The notes: generated by a model not told the origin, from the letters alone. DNA of 64,000 bases from Lachnospiraceae bacterium (GCA_015056765.1 SVFQ01000009.1:4354-68353), one strand, 5' to 3'; counted from the stretch's first letter, positions 19,929 through 29,792 are shown. Translations and numbers: made by a program.

Positions 19929-21641
19929 TTAGAAGGTAAATCTATTTACTTCATCATCCAATTCTTTTGCGATTTCGCTTAATGCTCTACTTCCGCCTTC
20001 AATTTCTTCCGCTACTGTAGAGATTGAAGATACAGATGCGCTGGTCTCTTCTGTACCGGCTGCATTCTCTTCTGCGATAGCAGTCAGGTTCTGTACGGTA
20101 TCTACTACGTGCGTTCTCGCATCATCCATGGATGTCACTTTTGCTGCAAGTACGCGAATGGAATCGATGGACTTGCCGAGGGAGTCTGACAATTCAGCAA
20201 AGATATCATCTGTCTGTTTTACATTGTCATTCTGCATCTTGATGATTTCTCTGGCTTCATCCATGATTTTTACAGCTTCATCGGAATCTGCAATTAATTT
20301 GTCGATGATTTCTTCGATCTGTTTTGCAGAACCGTTGGACTGCTCTGCTAATTTCTGAATCTGACCTGCTACGACTGCGAAGCCCTTACCTGCTTCTCCG
20401 GCTCTTGCTGCTTCGATGGAAGCATTCAAGGATAGTAAGTTAGTCTCCTCAGCAATGTCGGTAATCAGTGCTGTTACCTCGCGAATCTTGGTTGCAGATT
20501 CGTTGGTAGTCATAGTCTGATGAGCAATACCTTCGATGGAATTTGTAGTCTGCTCATTTACTTTACCAAGGGCCTGAATGATTTCAGTAGCTTGCTGCTG
20601 AGCATCTCTCATGCCTCTCATATTCTCACGAAGGTTTTCAACTTCTTTGTTGGTATCCTCAATCATGGTACCAATGGTAATGACATTTTCTGTAGCGCTC
20701 TGGGTCTCATTAGCCTGAGAGTTAGCACCATCAGAGATTTCAGATACTGCCTGATTCACTTCTGCAGTAGTCTCATGCATGGTAGTTGCACTGGCATGCA
20801 TTTCTTCAGATGTCTGATACAGAAGCTCACTCTGATTTTTCAGCTCTGTTACAGTCTCTTTCAAAGTTCTCTGCAAATGAATGACAGATGATGCAATGAA
20901 ACCGAATTCACTTCTCTTTGCTGCCAAAGCGTCAGTGTTATCATCCTCGCGCAAATCCAGTCTTGCCATCTTTTCAATCGATTCTGTAATCTGAGTCATA
21001 GGTTTCAGCAATACGACAAGCAGCAAGTAGAGCACCAGTGCCACAATAGCACATGTCACTACGCCAACAACTACGCCTCGTACTGTCAGAGAATCCATTG
21101 CACCCAGTACATCCTTTTCGTCGCAGGATACTACCAGGATAAATCTGCCCTCACGATCTACATAGTAGGATGCATACTTGATTGCACCCTTAAACTCATA
21201 TTCCGTAACTGCCGCACCTGCGGGCACAGATCCTGCGGCAATTTTCTGCACTAGTCCGGTTACTACTGCATTCTCTACAGGCTTGCCGATTTTCTCTGCT
21301 GTAGGATGATACAGCATGGTTCCATCACCGGCTACCACATATACATAACTTGATTTTACTCCGGATAATCCGGCGTTTTTATAAAGCCCCTCTAAAACCT
21401 GCGCAGAATACATCTGCTCCGTGCCTACAGCATCAACAGATTGCTGCAAGTTGTTACCATACGCTGCTGCCAGATCTACCATGTAGTTGGAAATAGCAGA
21501 CTTCAGCTCTGTTTTGGCACTAGGCATGGTCATGCATAAAATGACTGCTGTCAAAACGATACTGCCTGCTGCCACCAGCAACGTGATTTTTCCACGAACA
21601 GAATGGAAAAATCCAATAGATTTTGTGTTGTCTTCTTGCAT
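19929..21641 (-). CDS. Methyl-accepting chemotaxis protein (extracellular Cache-like sensor)
   Basis: TM, ~170-aa ectodomain, TM, HAMP, then the highly conserved signalling hairpin [24 protein letters not shown]. Confidence 0.9.
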   Translation of the reverse strand: MQEDNTKSIGFFHSVRGKITLLVAAGSIVLTAVILCMTMPSAKTELKSAISNYMVDLAAAYGNNLQQSVDAVGTEQMYSAQVLEGLYKNAGLSGVKSSYVYVVAGDGTMLYHPTAEKIGKPVENAVVTGLVQKIAAGSVPAGAAVTEYEFKGAIKYASYYVDREGRFILVVSCDEKDVLGAMDSLTVRGVVVGVVTCAIVALVLYLLLVVLLKPMTQITESIEKMARLDLREDDNTDALAAKRSEFGFIASSVIHLQRTLKETVTELKNQSELLYQTSEEMHASATTMHETTAEVNQAVSEISDGANSQANETQSATENVITIGTMIEDTNKEVENLRENMRGMRDAQQQATEIIQALGKVNEQTTNSIEGIAHQTMTTNESATKIREVTALITDIAEETNLLSLNASIEAARAGEAGKGFAVVAGQIQKLAEQSNGSAKQIEEIIDKLIADSDEAVKIMDEAREIIKMQNDNVKQTDDIFAELSDSLGKSIDSIRVLAAKVTSMDDARTHVVDTVQNLTAIAEENAAGTEETSASVSSISTVAEEIEGGSRALSEIAKELDDEVNRFTF

Positions 21642-21809
21642 GAAGAATTCCTCCCGTAAAATATAATGTCGATTCCTCCAGCTTCTATGTCAGAACCTTA
21701 TTCTATTGTATCAAACCTTTTCTTATTAATAATGTCTCTAATAGACGAATTTTATTGCGATTTTTCGTGATTTTTCCTAAAATTAAAAAGGGGATAAGGG
21801 AGTTATCGT

Positions 21810-23705
21810 ATGTATCATGCAAAGAAAATCGGTCTATTTATTTCCCATATTTTTGGCAGGTATCAAACCGGTGTAGTGACCGGCGCTTTAGAAAAAGCCA
21901 AAGAGTATGGATATCGTGTAGAAATCTACGCTTCTATGGAGGGAGAGAACTTAGGAGACTACGAAAAAGGGGAGTCTTCTATCCTTTCCATTCCCAATTT
22001 TTCCTCTTTAGACGGCATTATATTTGTATCCGGAACCTATCTGTCCGAGGCGCTGCGAGAGCAGATCAGACAGAAGCTTTCCATGGAATCCGGTATCCCG
22101 GTGGTGGAGCTAACCCTAACAGACAGCTCCTTCCCGCAAATCGAATTTGATAACAATTCGCCTTTCCGGGACCTGGTGACCCATTTATGCAAAGAGCACA
22201 ACGCTTCTCGCATCTGCTACTTAGGCTATAGACCGCAACCTTTCTTTTCTGATGCCAGAGATGCTTATTATCGTGAAGCCATGGAGGATAACCACCTTGC
22301 GGTGGGTGACCACGATATCTATCTGGTTGGAGACGAAGTAAAAAAGTACAAAGAGGCTCTTTCCTTTTTCTTAGAAGGTGGCTCTTTTGATTCTGTGGTC
22401 TGCTATAATGACCAGGTGGCTTTAACCTTTCTTCAAACAGCAAAGGATATGGGATACCACATCCCGGATGATTTTTCCATCACAGGTTGTGATAATCTGC
22501 AGGAATCCTTATATAGTAAGCCACCGCTCACCACCATCACTTTCCCGGTGGAGGAGCTAGGTGCCAAAGCTGTAGAGCATATCCTTTTGCAGAAAAAAGG
22601 CTTGCCTACTACGGATGCCTCCAAAGTAAAAGCAGAGCCAATCTTCCGCGGCACTTGCGGATGTCCATCTGAGATGCCAAAGGAAAACTGGATGTATTGG
22701 AATCAGCAATCTCATATTGCCACTTTGGAGCGCTCCATTTTTGATTCCATTTATATGGCTACCCAAATGCACAACTGCGCAGACATAGACGAAGGTGCCG
22801 AGGTTTTAGCCGGATTCCTTCATAAGTTGCCTCATGTGGAGGAAGCGTATCTGTGCCTTTATCCAGACTGGGATATGGGAGAATCCAAAGTGCTGGCCAT
22901 GGCTGAAAAAGACCAGGGCATCCATCGAGATCAGTCTATTTTGAAACTCGGATTTGCCGGAGACAAAACCTGGCCGGAATGCTCCTTCCAAAAAGGGACA
23001 CTGCTGCCGGAGATGATTGAGCAAAGTTCCACTCACTCCTACGTGGTATGTCCTTTGTACTACGGAGATGAGTCTTACGGTTATCTGGTACTGGGCTACC
23101 AGGACGATATACCGGACTACCAGGTGCCCTTCACCCAGTTTTTACTCAATATCAATCAGATGTTACACAACTGCAAACTCAGTCGTCATGCTTCTCTCAT
23201 GGAAGATAGATTAGAGGAGTTCTATTTCAGGGATACCCTGACTGGGCTGTATAACCGTGACGGCTATCAGCATAACGCTGAAAGCTTTTTAGACCACGCC
23301 ATTGAAACAGGCGCCTCACTGACTTGCTATCTGCTGGATATGAATAAGCTGAAAGTAGTGAACGACACCTACGGACACGAAGCTGGAGACACCGCCATCC
23401 AGACTATTGCAGAGGCGCTAAAACGAGTTTCTTCCGAACAGGATATCAGTTGCCGATTAGGTGGTGATGAGTTTTTCCACATTGCCTACGGTCTAGGGGA
23501 GGAAGAATCCACAGAGCGTATGGAGCAGATTCATCAATACCTGGCCAACTACAGCAAGCTTTCCGGAAAGCCCTATGACATAACCGTAAGCATCGGTATG
23601 GTGCGCTTTCTTCCACAGGAGGGGGACGACATCTATACCCTGGCAGGTTATATGAAACAGGCTGACGAAGCCATGTATACCCAGAAAAATAGGGAAGAGG
23701 TTTAA
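21810..23705 (+). CDS. Cytoplasmic LacI/PBP1-type sugar-binding domain fused to a GGDEF diguanylate cyclase
   Basis: No signal peptide or HTH. The N-terminal ~280 aa resemble a periplasmic-binding-protein type I fold (IGLFISHI..., VCYNDQVAL). A middle domain of unknown type follows. The C-terminus has GLYNRDG...RLGGDEFF. Confidence 0.8.
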   Translation: MYHAKKIGLFISHIFGRYQTGVVTGALEKAKEYGYRVEIYASMEGENLGDYEKGESSILSIPNFSSLDGIIFVSGTYLSEALREQIRQKLSMESGIPVVELTLTDSSFPQIEFDNNSPFRDLVTHLCKEHNASRICYLGYRPQPFFSDARDAYYREAMEDNHLAVGDHDIYLVGDEVKKYKEALSFFLEGGSFDSVVCYNDQVALTFLQTAKDMGYHIPDDFSITGCDNLQESLYSKPPLTTITFPVEELGAKAVEHILLQKKGLPTTDASKVKAEPIFRGTCGCPSEMPKENWMYWNQQSHIATLERSIFDSIYMATQMHNCADIDEGAEVLAGFLHKLPHVEEAYLCLYPDWDMGESKVLAMAEKDQGIHRDQSILKLGFAGDKTWPECSFQKGTLLPEMIEQSSTHSYVVCPLYYGDESYGYLVLGYQDDIPDYQVPFTQFLLNINQMLHNCKLSRHASLMEDRLEEFYFRDTLTGLYNRDGYQHNAESFLDHAIETGASLTCYLLDMNKLKVVNDTYGHEAGDTAIQTIAEALKRVSSEQDISCRLGGDEFFHIAYGLGEEESTERMEQIHQYLANYSKLSGKPYDITVSIGMVRFLPQEGDDIYTLAGYMKQADEAMYTQKNREEV

Positions 23706-23715
23706 GCCTCTTCCC
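23692..23715. terminator. Hairpin containing the stop codons of two convergent genes
   Basis: GGGAAGAGG (23692-23700) pairs with CCTCTTCCC (23707-23715), with loop TTTAAG. It holds TAA of the + gene (23703-23705) and TAA of the - gene (23702-23704). Both flanks are T-rich. Confidence 0.55.
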
Positions 23716-25165
23716 TTATTTGTGCGTTTTTTCTAAATTCACTTGGAGCCACACCGGTCATGGCTTTGAAGGTTTTCATGAAATGCTTCACGTTATCATA
23801 GCCTACCTGCTGGCTGATTTCATTGACTTTTAACTCCGTTTCGGCCAAAAGTTTCTTAGCCTCATCCATACGAATATTCTTTAGGTATCCTACGAAATTC
23901 ATACCGGTAAACTGCTTAAAAGAATAACTAAACAGAGAGTAATTCATGGAGATATAGTTGCTTACCACCGCCATGTTCAAATCCTTGGCGTAGTTTTCCC
24001 GAATGTACTCTACCGCCTTTTGCATCTTGCGGTTATTCTGGCTGCTGTCATACTGACTTTGGATTTTCTCCTGAATCTGTAAAAGGAATCTGGTACTGTC
24101 TCTATCGTAGGCATCTAAGCATACATAGGAAAGCGGATTCTGCAATTCCTTTACTTTCTCCTGTTCCTCCTGGAGTACGTTACGATAGACTTCTGCAAAT
24201 TCGTTGTAAAAAGCCTTGTATAACTGTACTACTTCTGCCGCCGGCAGTAGATTCTTCTCCGCCGCATCCACCACCTGATGAAAGGCGTGTCGTAAGTCTT
24301 CCGGCTTATCAGCACCTACTAACTGCATTCGCTTAAAGGCGTTGTCTTTATCCAAAAGTTTGTGTGCTTCCTTTTCCAGGTCATCCGGAACTTTGTATTC
24401 TCTATTTGCCCAAACGGACTCTCCGATACAAAAGGCTTCCTTGCGTCTATCGTGAGCCTGTCTGTGAGCCTTTTGTAATTCTGTCAATTTCGTGTAGCTA
24501 TCACTTCTTCCATAAATGATATGTCCAAGCTCATTCTTTTCAATCATTTCTGCTACAGAAGCATCCACGATTAGCACCTGTTCTGACCAAACCTCCGGAA
24601 AGACCAGTACCCCCTCTCGCTCTTTAGTCTCCACGCTACCGGGCACGCAGTAAATGTAAAAGCCTTCTGTAAAGTACTGCTCAAAGGAGGTGATGTCCAT
24701 CTCATCACTGGCCACCTCTTCTTCAGTAGCTAACAAAAGCTTCATCTGTTTTGTTTCAATCTGCTTCGTTTGTTTGTGAGCCTTCTCCCTTTGGGAAAGC
24801 TCTGCTTCTAATTTCTCCAGAACTTCTTTGATTTTATCTCGCTCTACAGGTTTTAACAGATACTCTCTTACCCCTTCTCTTAGCATTTCCACCGCATAAG
24901 AAAAGTCATCGTATCCGCTCACTGCTACCACCAAAGGCTTCTGTGGAAGTTTGGATACTTCTTTTACCAGAGTAATCCCATCCATTTTGGGCATTCGTAT
25001 ATCGGTAAACATCACGTCTACCGGAGTGTCTTTCAGGACTGCAAGGGCCATTTCCCCATTGTTACATTCCATGATATTCTCGACAGGCACACCGCTTCTT
25101 TGGATCATAGCGCGGATACCTTGTCGAATCATTTTTTCATCTTCTACTATCAATACTGTTTTCAT
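23702..25165 (-). CDS. Response regulator, REC + AraC-type HTH (YesN-like)
   Basis: REC domain (VLIVEDE...DVMFTDIRMPKMDG) and a C-terminal AraC HTH pair. 487 aa. Confidence 0.9.
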   Translation of the reverse strand: MKTVLIVEDEKMIRQGIRAMIQRSGVPVENIMECNNGEMALAVLKDTPVDVMFTDIRMPKMDGITLVKEVSKLPQKPLVVAVSGYDDFSYAVEMLREGVREYLLKPVERDKIKEVLEKLEAELSQREKAHKQTKQIETKQMKLLLATEEEVASDEMDITSFEQYFTEGFYIYCVPGSVETKEREGVLVFPEVWSEQVLIVDASVAEMIEKNELGHIIYGRSDSYTKLTELQKAHRQAHDRRKEAFCIGESVWANREYKVPDDLEKEAHKLLDKDNAFKRMQLVGADKPEDLRHAFHQVVDAAEKNLLPAAEVVQLYKAFYNEFAEVYRNVLQEEQEKVKELQNPLSYVCLDAYDRDSTRFLLQIQEKIQSQYDSSQNNRKMQKAVEYIRENYAKDLNMAVVSNYISMNYSLFSYSFKQFTGMNFVGYLKNIRMDEAKKLLAETELKVNEISQQVGYDNVKHFMKTFKAMTGVAPSEFRKNAQIREEA

Positions 25166-25183
25166 ATTGTTCCTTATTCAGTA

Positions 25184-26974
25184 TCATTCATTACTGTTTA
25201 CAGCCGTCTCCAGTGGCAGAGTGAGGCTGACTTTGGTATACAATCCCTCTTTCGAAGAAACGGATAAGCCATAGGCATCGCCAAAGGCCATATGGATACG
25301 ATCCTGCACATTCTTAAGTCCGATACCATGTTCTGAGTCTTCTCCATAGGAATCCTTCATTTGGAGTTTTTCCTGTAGTTCTGCCAGTTTTTCTTCCGAC
25401 ATGCCACGTCCCATATCGGAGATTTCCAGACAGCAAGTCTTATCCTGCAGGATACCTTTTATATAAATTGTGGTATCTTCTGCTATCTGCTCGATGCCGT
25501 GATAGATGGCATTTTCCACGATGGGTTGCAGGCTCATCTTCGGGATTCGCTGATTCATGAGTTCTTCCGGGATATTTTCCGACAGGTAAATCTCATAGTC
25601 AAACCGCAGATTGATTAACGCCAGATAATTGCGAATATACTCAAGCTCTTCCTTCAGCAGTACGTTTCCGCTGCGCCACTTCATGCTATATCGCAAAAGT
25701 TTTCCAAGCGAGGTAATGGCATCTGAAATCTCGTATTGCTCTTCCATCTCCGCCATCATTTTAATGGACTCCAGCACATTGTAAATAAAGTGGGCATTGA
25801 TTTGGTTCTGTAGTGAGCGTATCTCGGAATTTTTTGCCAGAAGCTCCCTGCGGATATTCTCTTCCATCAGGTTTTGGATTCGGTCCATCATTTTATTGAT
25901 CTGATGTCCCAGCTCTCCCATTTCATCTCCTGTGGTATGGGCGATTCGTACCGTCATATCTCCCTTTTGGATGCTGCGAATGCTGCCTAAAATTTCATAG
26001 AAATGAGACAGCAATACCTTTACCATAAAGCTTACAGCAAAGGCCAGAAGGACGATAAAGACCAGCATGGTCACCACAAAGATGTTACGCATGTTATAGA
26101 CATTTTTCACCGTTCCGGTGATGTCTGCTACACGGATCAAATAGCCTTCCAGTTCATCGATATAGATACCGGAAAGAATCAAATTCGTTTTTCCTTTTTG
26201 ATAAAAAGTATGGACCTCTTCTGATTTTTCCAGGCTTCCAAATTTCTCTTCAATCTGGGATTTGAGTTCCTCTTCCATGGTAGTTTCGGAAATCAATGTT
26301 CCACTTTTCGTCAAAAAACAGGCACTTTCATTTTCCAGATTTTCATACAAAGATGGTAATAAATCCCGCATGGAAATGCAGGCTTCTATGGTGGCTATCG
26401 TGCCTTTTTCATAGTCAGCGATGGCTGTCACTCTAGACGCAATTCTACCGGTGGGCTTGACACTCTTATTGGAGGTAAAAATGCGATCCTCATAGTTTAG
26501 GTGCCAACCTTCTTCCGTCTCCAGATTACTCCAAGGCTGATGTAGACTTCTCTCATGCCGGTAGAGAATGGGCACCATTTCCTGCAAGTCATCGCTACTA
26601 CTGTAAACACGAACTCCATACAGCACCGGGTTATTATTTACCAGTCGCTCCAGGTCCGAAATATCTTCCATGTAGATGCCTCGGAGTTCCTGGGTAGATA
26701 ATTGCTTATGGTCTGCTGCATCCCTAAGCACTTCCCGTAAAGAAGCATCACTTAAGAAATACTGGGTTACCATGTTGACGCTGGTAAGCTTCGTTTCCAT
26801 GTCTTCTCTACTGCGAATGACATTATAGACCGTATAGTTTACATTTTCTTTCACCACGTTTTCTTCCATGTTGTAGAAAATGATACCGCCCATGATGCCT
26901 ATAGGCAGCGCCACCAACAAGATAATCAGCAACGTAAATTTCGTATTCAGTTTTGCGTTTCGAAATAGTTTCAT
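25184..26974 (-). CDS. Sensor histidine kinase, YesM/LytS-YehU type
   Basis: TM, ~270-aa ectodomain, TM, HAMP, His_kinase box (INAHFIYNVLESI) and HATPase (HGIGLKNV). Confidence 0.88.
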   Translation of the reverse strand: MKLFRNAKLNTKFTLLIILLVALPIGIMGGIIFYNMEENVVKENVNYTVYNVIRSREDMETKLTSVNMVTQYFLSDASLREVLRDAADHKQLSTQELRGIYMEDISDLERLVNNNPVLYGVRVYSSSDDLQEMVPILYRHERSLHQPWSNLETEEGWHLNYEDRIFTSNKSVKPTGRIASRVTAIADYEKGTIATIEACISMRDLLPSLYENLENESACFLTKSGTLISETTMEEELKSQIEEKFGSLEKSEEVHTFYQKGKTNLILSGIYIDELEGYLIRVADITGTVKNVYNMRNIFVVTMLVFIVLLAFAVSFMVKVLLSHFYEILGSIRSIQKGDMTVRIAHTTGDEMGELGHQINKMMDRIQNLMEENIRRELLAKNSEIRSLQNQINAHFIYNVLESIKMMAEMEEQYEISDAITSLGKLLRYSMKWRSGNVLLKEELEYIRNYLALINLRFDYEIYLSENIPEELMNQRIPKMSLQPIVENAIYHGIEQIAEDTTIYIKGILQDKTCCLEISDMGRGMSEEKLAELQEKLQMKDSYGEDSEHGIGLKNVQDRIHMAFGDAYGLSVSSKEGLYTKVSLTLPLETAVNSNE

Positions 26975-26980
26975 CTTGTT

Positions 26981-28615
26981 TTAGGAGATATGCAGTTTCT
27001 CTTTTGTTTCCTGCATGATTTTGGTTTTTTCTTCCATCAGTTCCGTGAAGCCCAGCTCTTCCCGCTGGTATTTAAATTCTTCCAGGATGCGATCAAACTC
27101 CTCTTCTGTAGGAGCAAGCAGCAGGTTTGGCAGTGTCTCTCCCCATAATTCCACCTGCTTTTCATCTTGCATCTGGATATGGGAGTCCTTGGGCAATTCA
27201 TACTGTCCATTGTATACCACGTAAGGGTAAGTCCATTCTTTAATCTGCTCTATGGGCTCTATGGAAGGCTGTTGCCAATCCGATTGCATGACTGTATCCT
27301 GTAGCATCCAATAGGCATCATCTGCACCATAGACTGCGTCGTATTGTGCACGGTCGGAGTTCAGCAAATCCATCACTTCCTGATGTACCACCGGCTTTCC
27401 ATCCACCATGTCATACATGCTTCCTTCCACGCCCAGATATACCAGTTTCTGGCCTTCTTCACTAATGAGAAAATCCAATAATTTGATAGCCTTCTCCGGA
27501 TCTGAGCACTTTTTGGAAATCATAGTAACGGTCCAGCCGTTCATATTATTTACCGGCAATGTAGGGTCATCTCCCCTACTGTTTCTTGGACCATCCACAG
27601 CGATATAGATTCTCTCCGGATTGTTTTCATAGATGGTCTTTTCCTGGGATGCCATATCTGTATACTGGTAAATCATGCAGAAATATCTGCCATCCTGGAT
27701 TTTCTCTTCCATCTGAACACGCTGGTCGATGAAGATATCATCAGAAAGGTATCCTTCTTCATTCAATTTGCGGAACATTTTCAGCCAGGTCAGGTAATCC
27801 GGATCCGTATATCTATCATAGTACTTGCCATCCTTTTCCCAGGGCACTGCCAGAAAGTTCTGCAGGTATTTATCAAAGGATACGCAGCCTGTTTTATCAA
27901 ACACATGGGCACCTACCGGAATCAGCGGTTCTCCATCCACCTCCGGCATGTACTCTTTGGCTTTCTTCACTGCCTGATAGAAGCCCTCCGGCGTAGACAT
28001 ATCAGGACTTCCGATGGCTTCATAGATGTCTTTTCTTACCAAAAAGGATTCGTTGGAGCTAAGCTTATCGTGATTCTCCAGGTCTCTTGGTGCTGTAGCA
28101 GAATTTGGATAGCCATAGAAGTTGCCATCTTCCAAAGTTTCCCATTCTACCACCTCAGGATTTGCCACTTCCCAAAAGTGCGGGTCGTACTTGTCTGCCA
28201 GTTCATTGAGTGGCCACACCATATCTTTATCGATAATGGTCTCTACCTGTCCATCCCACCATCCGATGGTGACGATGTCCGGCAAGGTATCGGAAGATAT
28301 GAGGGCATTCAGTTTCTCATTTTCATTGCCGCTAGGTGTAATGAAATTAATGCTGACGCCGGTCTGTTTGGTAATTTCCTTGGATACCAGGTTAGTCCCC
28401 CAGCCTGTGTTAAACCAAGAGTAGTTGATGTACCAGTCTAGGGTAGTGATGTCCCGGTCTACTTCTGTTTGGCTGGTGTAACCACTGCTGACCTCCTGAA
28501 GGGTCGGGGTGCCGCAGGCGGTGAGGGGGAGAGTAGCCGCCAATACTGTGAGAAATATCCTTTTAGTTTCTCTATTGGTATATTTTTTGAAAGGTTTTTT
28601 AAGTTTTTTATTCAT
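26981..28615 (-). CDS. Extracellular solute-binding lipoprotein (large LplA/YesO-like SBP) adjacent to the two-component system
   Basis: Lipobox LPLTAC. 544 aa with family-1 SBP features. No SD sequence in front of the only ATG. Confidence 0.8.
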   Translation of the reverse strand: MNKKLKKPFKKYTNRETKRIFLTVLAATLPLTACGTPTLQEVSSGYTSQTEVDRDITTLDWYINYSWFNTGWGTNLVSKEITKQTGVSINFITPSGNENEKLNALISSDTLPDIVTIGWWDGQVETIIDKDMVWPLNELADKYDPHFWEVANPEVVEWETLEDGNFYGYPNSATAPRDLENHDKLSSNESFLVRKDIYEAIGSPDMSTPEGFYQAVKKAKEYMPEVDGEPLIPVGAHVFDKTGCVSFDKYLQNFLAVPWEKDGKYYDRYTDPDYLTWLKMFRKLNEEGYLSDDIFIDQRVQMEEKIQDGRYFCMIYQYTDMASQEKTIYENNPERIYIAVDGPRNSRGDDPTLPVNNMNGWTVTMISKKCSDPEKAIKLLDFLISEEGQKLVYLGVEGSMYDMVDGKPVVHQEVMDLLNSDRAQYDAVYGADDAYWMLQDTVMQSDWQQPSIEPIEQIKEWTYPYVVYNGQYELPKDSHIQMQDEKQVELWGETLPNLLLAPTEEEFDRILEEFKYQREELGFTELMEEKTKIMQETKEKLHIS

Positions 28616-28631
28616 AATAGTATTTTAGCAT

Positions 28632-28651
28632 GGTTTATATTAGGGTGCATT
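28632..28651 (-). promoter_or_regulatory. Candidate operator/activator site C (AATGCACCCTAATATAAACC on the minus strand)
   Basis: Shares the AATG(A)CACC(C)-TA-rich motif with sites at 32345-32375 and 40138-40158. It overlaps the -35 position of a TAAAAT -10 box (28622-28627). Confidence 0.3.
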
Positions 28652-28675
28652 TCGTAACATATTTTCATAATGCAA

Positions 28676-28704
28676 GAATGGAAGACGTAAAACGTCTTCC
28701 ATTC
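28676..28704 (-). terminator. Perfect 12-bp hairpin downstream of the ABC permease genes
   Basis: GAATGGAAGACG-TAAAA-CGTCTTCCATTC. The minus-strand 3' flank is only moderately U-rich (UUGCAUUAUG). Confidence 0.45.
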
Positions 28705-28836
28705 TCGAAATGAAAAAAGAAAGGTATGAAGTAAGCTAAGTTAGTTTGAATAATTCACTTTCTCAGTAAACTATTCTTGTTTTGGGTTGAGTGTCGGGTT
28801 GTAACCGCCACTCAATCCTCGAGCTTGCGCTCTCGG

Positions 28837-28958
28837 ACAACTGCCACAGGCAGTCGCCATATCGTTCCGGAGAAATCCGATGATTTCTCCTCCACTAACA
28901 ACTGCCTCGCCAGTCGCCAGTTCGTAAATTCAAAATCTGATGATTTTGAATTTACTCT
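28837..28958. repeat. Tandem 61-bp repeat (2 units), each ending in a hairpin with loop CYGATG
   Basis: Units at 28837-28897 and 28898-28958 both begin ACAACTGCC...CAGTCGCCA. Hairpins are GGAGAAAT-CCGATG-ATTTCTCC (28869-28890) and GTAAATTCAAAAT-CTGATG-ATTTTGAATTTAC (28924-28955). The second overlaps the permease stop codon. Confidence 0.7.
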
Positions 28959-29791
28959 TTAACCGAACCAGCTGAAATGGAGCTGATGATGTATTTGCTG
29001 CAGAAGCAGAATACAATGATGATCGGTACTACGGAAATAGATACGCCCAAGTAGATTGCGCCCTGATTTTTCTGCAGGTCTGTAGCTGCGTTCAGGGTTG
29101 TAATCATAACCGGAAGGGTGAACTTCTTAGGAGAGTTCAAAAGAATCATGGGTACCAGATAAGAGTTCCAGTTACCAATGAAGCTTCCGATGGACATGGT
29201 AGCAATACCAGGTGCCATGATTGGGAGTACGATTCTGTGGAAAATGTGTAATTCTCCTGCGCCATCAATTCTGGCAGCTTCCAAAAGGGATTTGGAAAGC
29301 AGGGACTGTACGTACTGTCTTAAGAAGAATACGATACCAGGCGCTGCAATTGCCGGAATAATCAGCGGAATATAACTATCAACCAGTTTCAACTTAGAGC
29401 ATAGGTTATAGAAACCGATGAGGGAAAGCTGTCCCGGAATCATCATGAATACGACGATTACTTTGAACAGTGTGCTATTTCCCTTGAACTTGTAAATCGC
29501 CATGGCAAAGCCGGTAATGGCGGAGAAATATGCTGTCAAAAGGGTTGCAGGAATGGCTACTTTTACGCTGTTGAAAAGTCCTCTAAAGAGGTTTACATAG
29601 GCAAAAAGCTGTACCCAATTTTCCTTCAAATGGCTACTTGGGAGGAATGAAAATCCATGTGTGATTTCCACACCACTTCTGGTAGAGTTTACAATCATCA
29701 GCCAAAACGGCAGGATGCATAACAGTGCCAGAAAAATAAGCGCTGCGTATAGGAGCACTGTAAATACGTTTTTTTGTGTCTTTGGTTCCAT
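28952..29791 (-). CDS. Carbohydrate ABC transporter permease (MalG-like)
   Basis: 6 TM helices and an EAA loop (EAARIDGAGELHIFHRIVLP). Confidence 0.9.
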   Translation of the reverse strand: MEPKTQKNVFTVLLYAALIFLALLCILPFWLMIVNSTRSGVEITHGFSFLPSSHLKENWVQLFAYVNLFRGLFNSVKVAIPATLLTAYFSAITGFAMAIYKFKGNSTLFKVIVVFMMIPGQLSLIGFYNLCSKLKLVDSYIPLIIPAIAAPGIVFFLRQYVQSLLSKSLLEAARIDGAGELHIFHRIVLPIMAPGIATMSIGSFIGNWNSYLVPMILLNSPKKFTLPVMITTLNAATDLQKNQGAIYLGVSISVVPIIIVFCFCSKYIISSISAGSVKE

Positions 29792-29792
29792 G

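Noticed and set aside
28837-28958. Possible CRISPR array
   Set aside because: There are only two directly abutting, diverged units with no unique spacers. No cas genes or leader are present in the window.
28777-28962. 61-aa ORF with repeated KSDDF peptides
   Set aside because: The peptide repeat is produced by the two palindromic hairpins of the 61-bp tandem element. There is no RBS and the start is non-ATG. The structure explains the sequence better than coding does.
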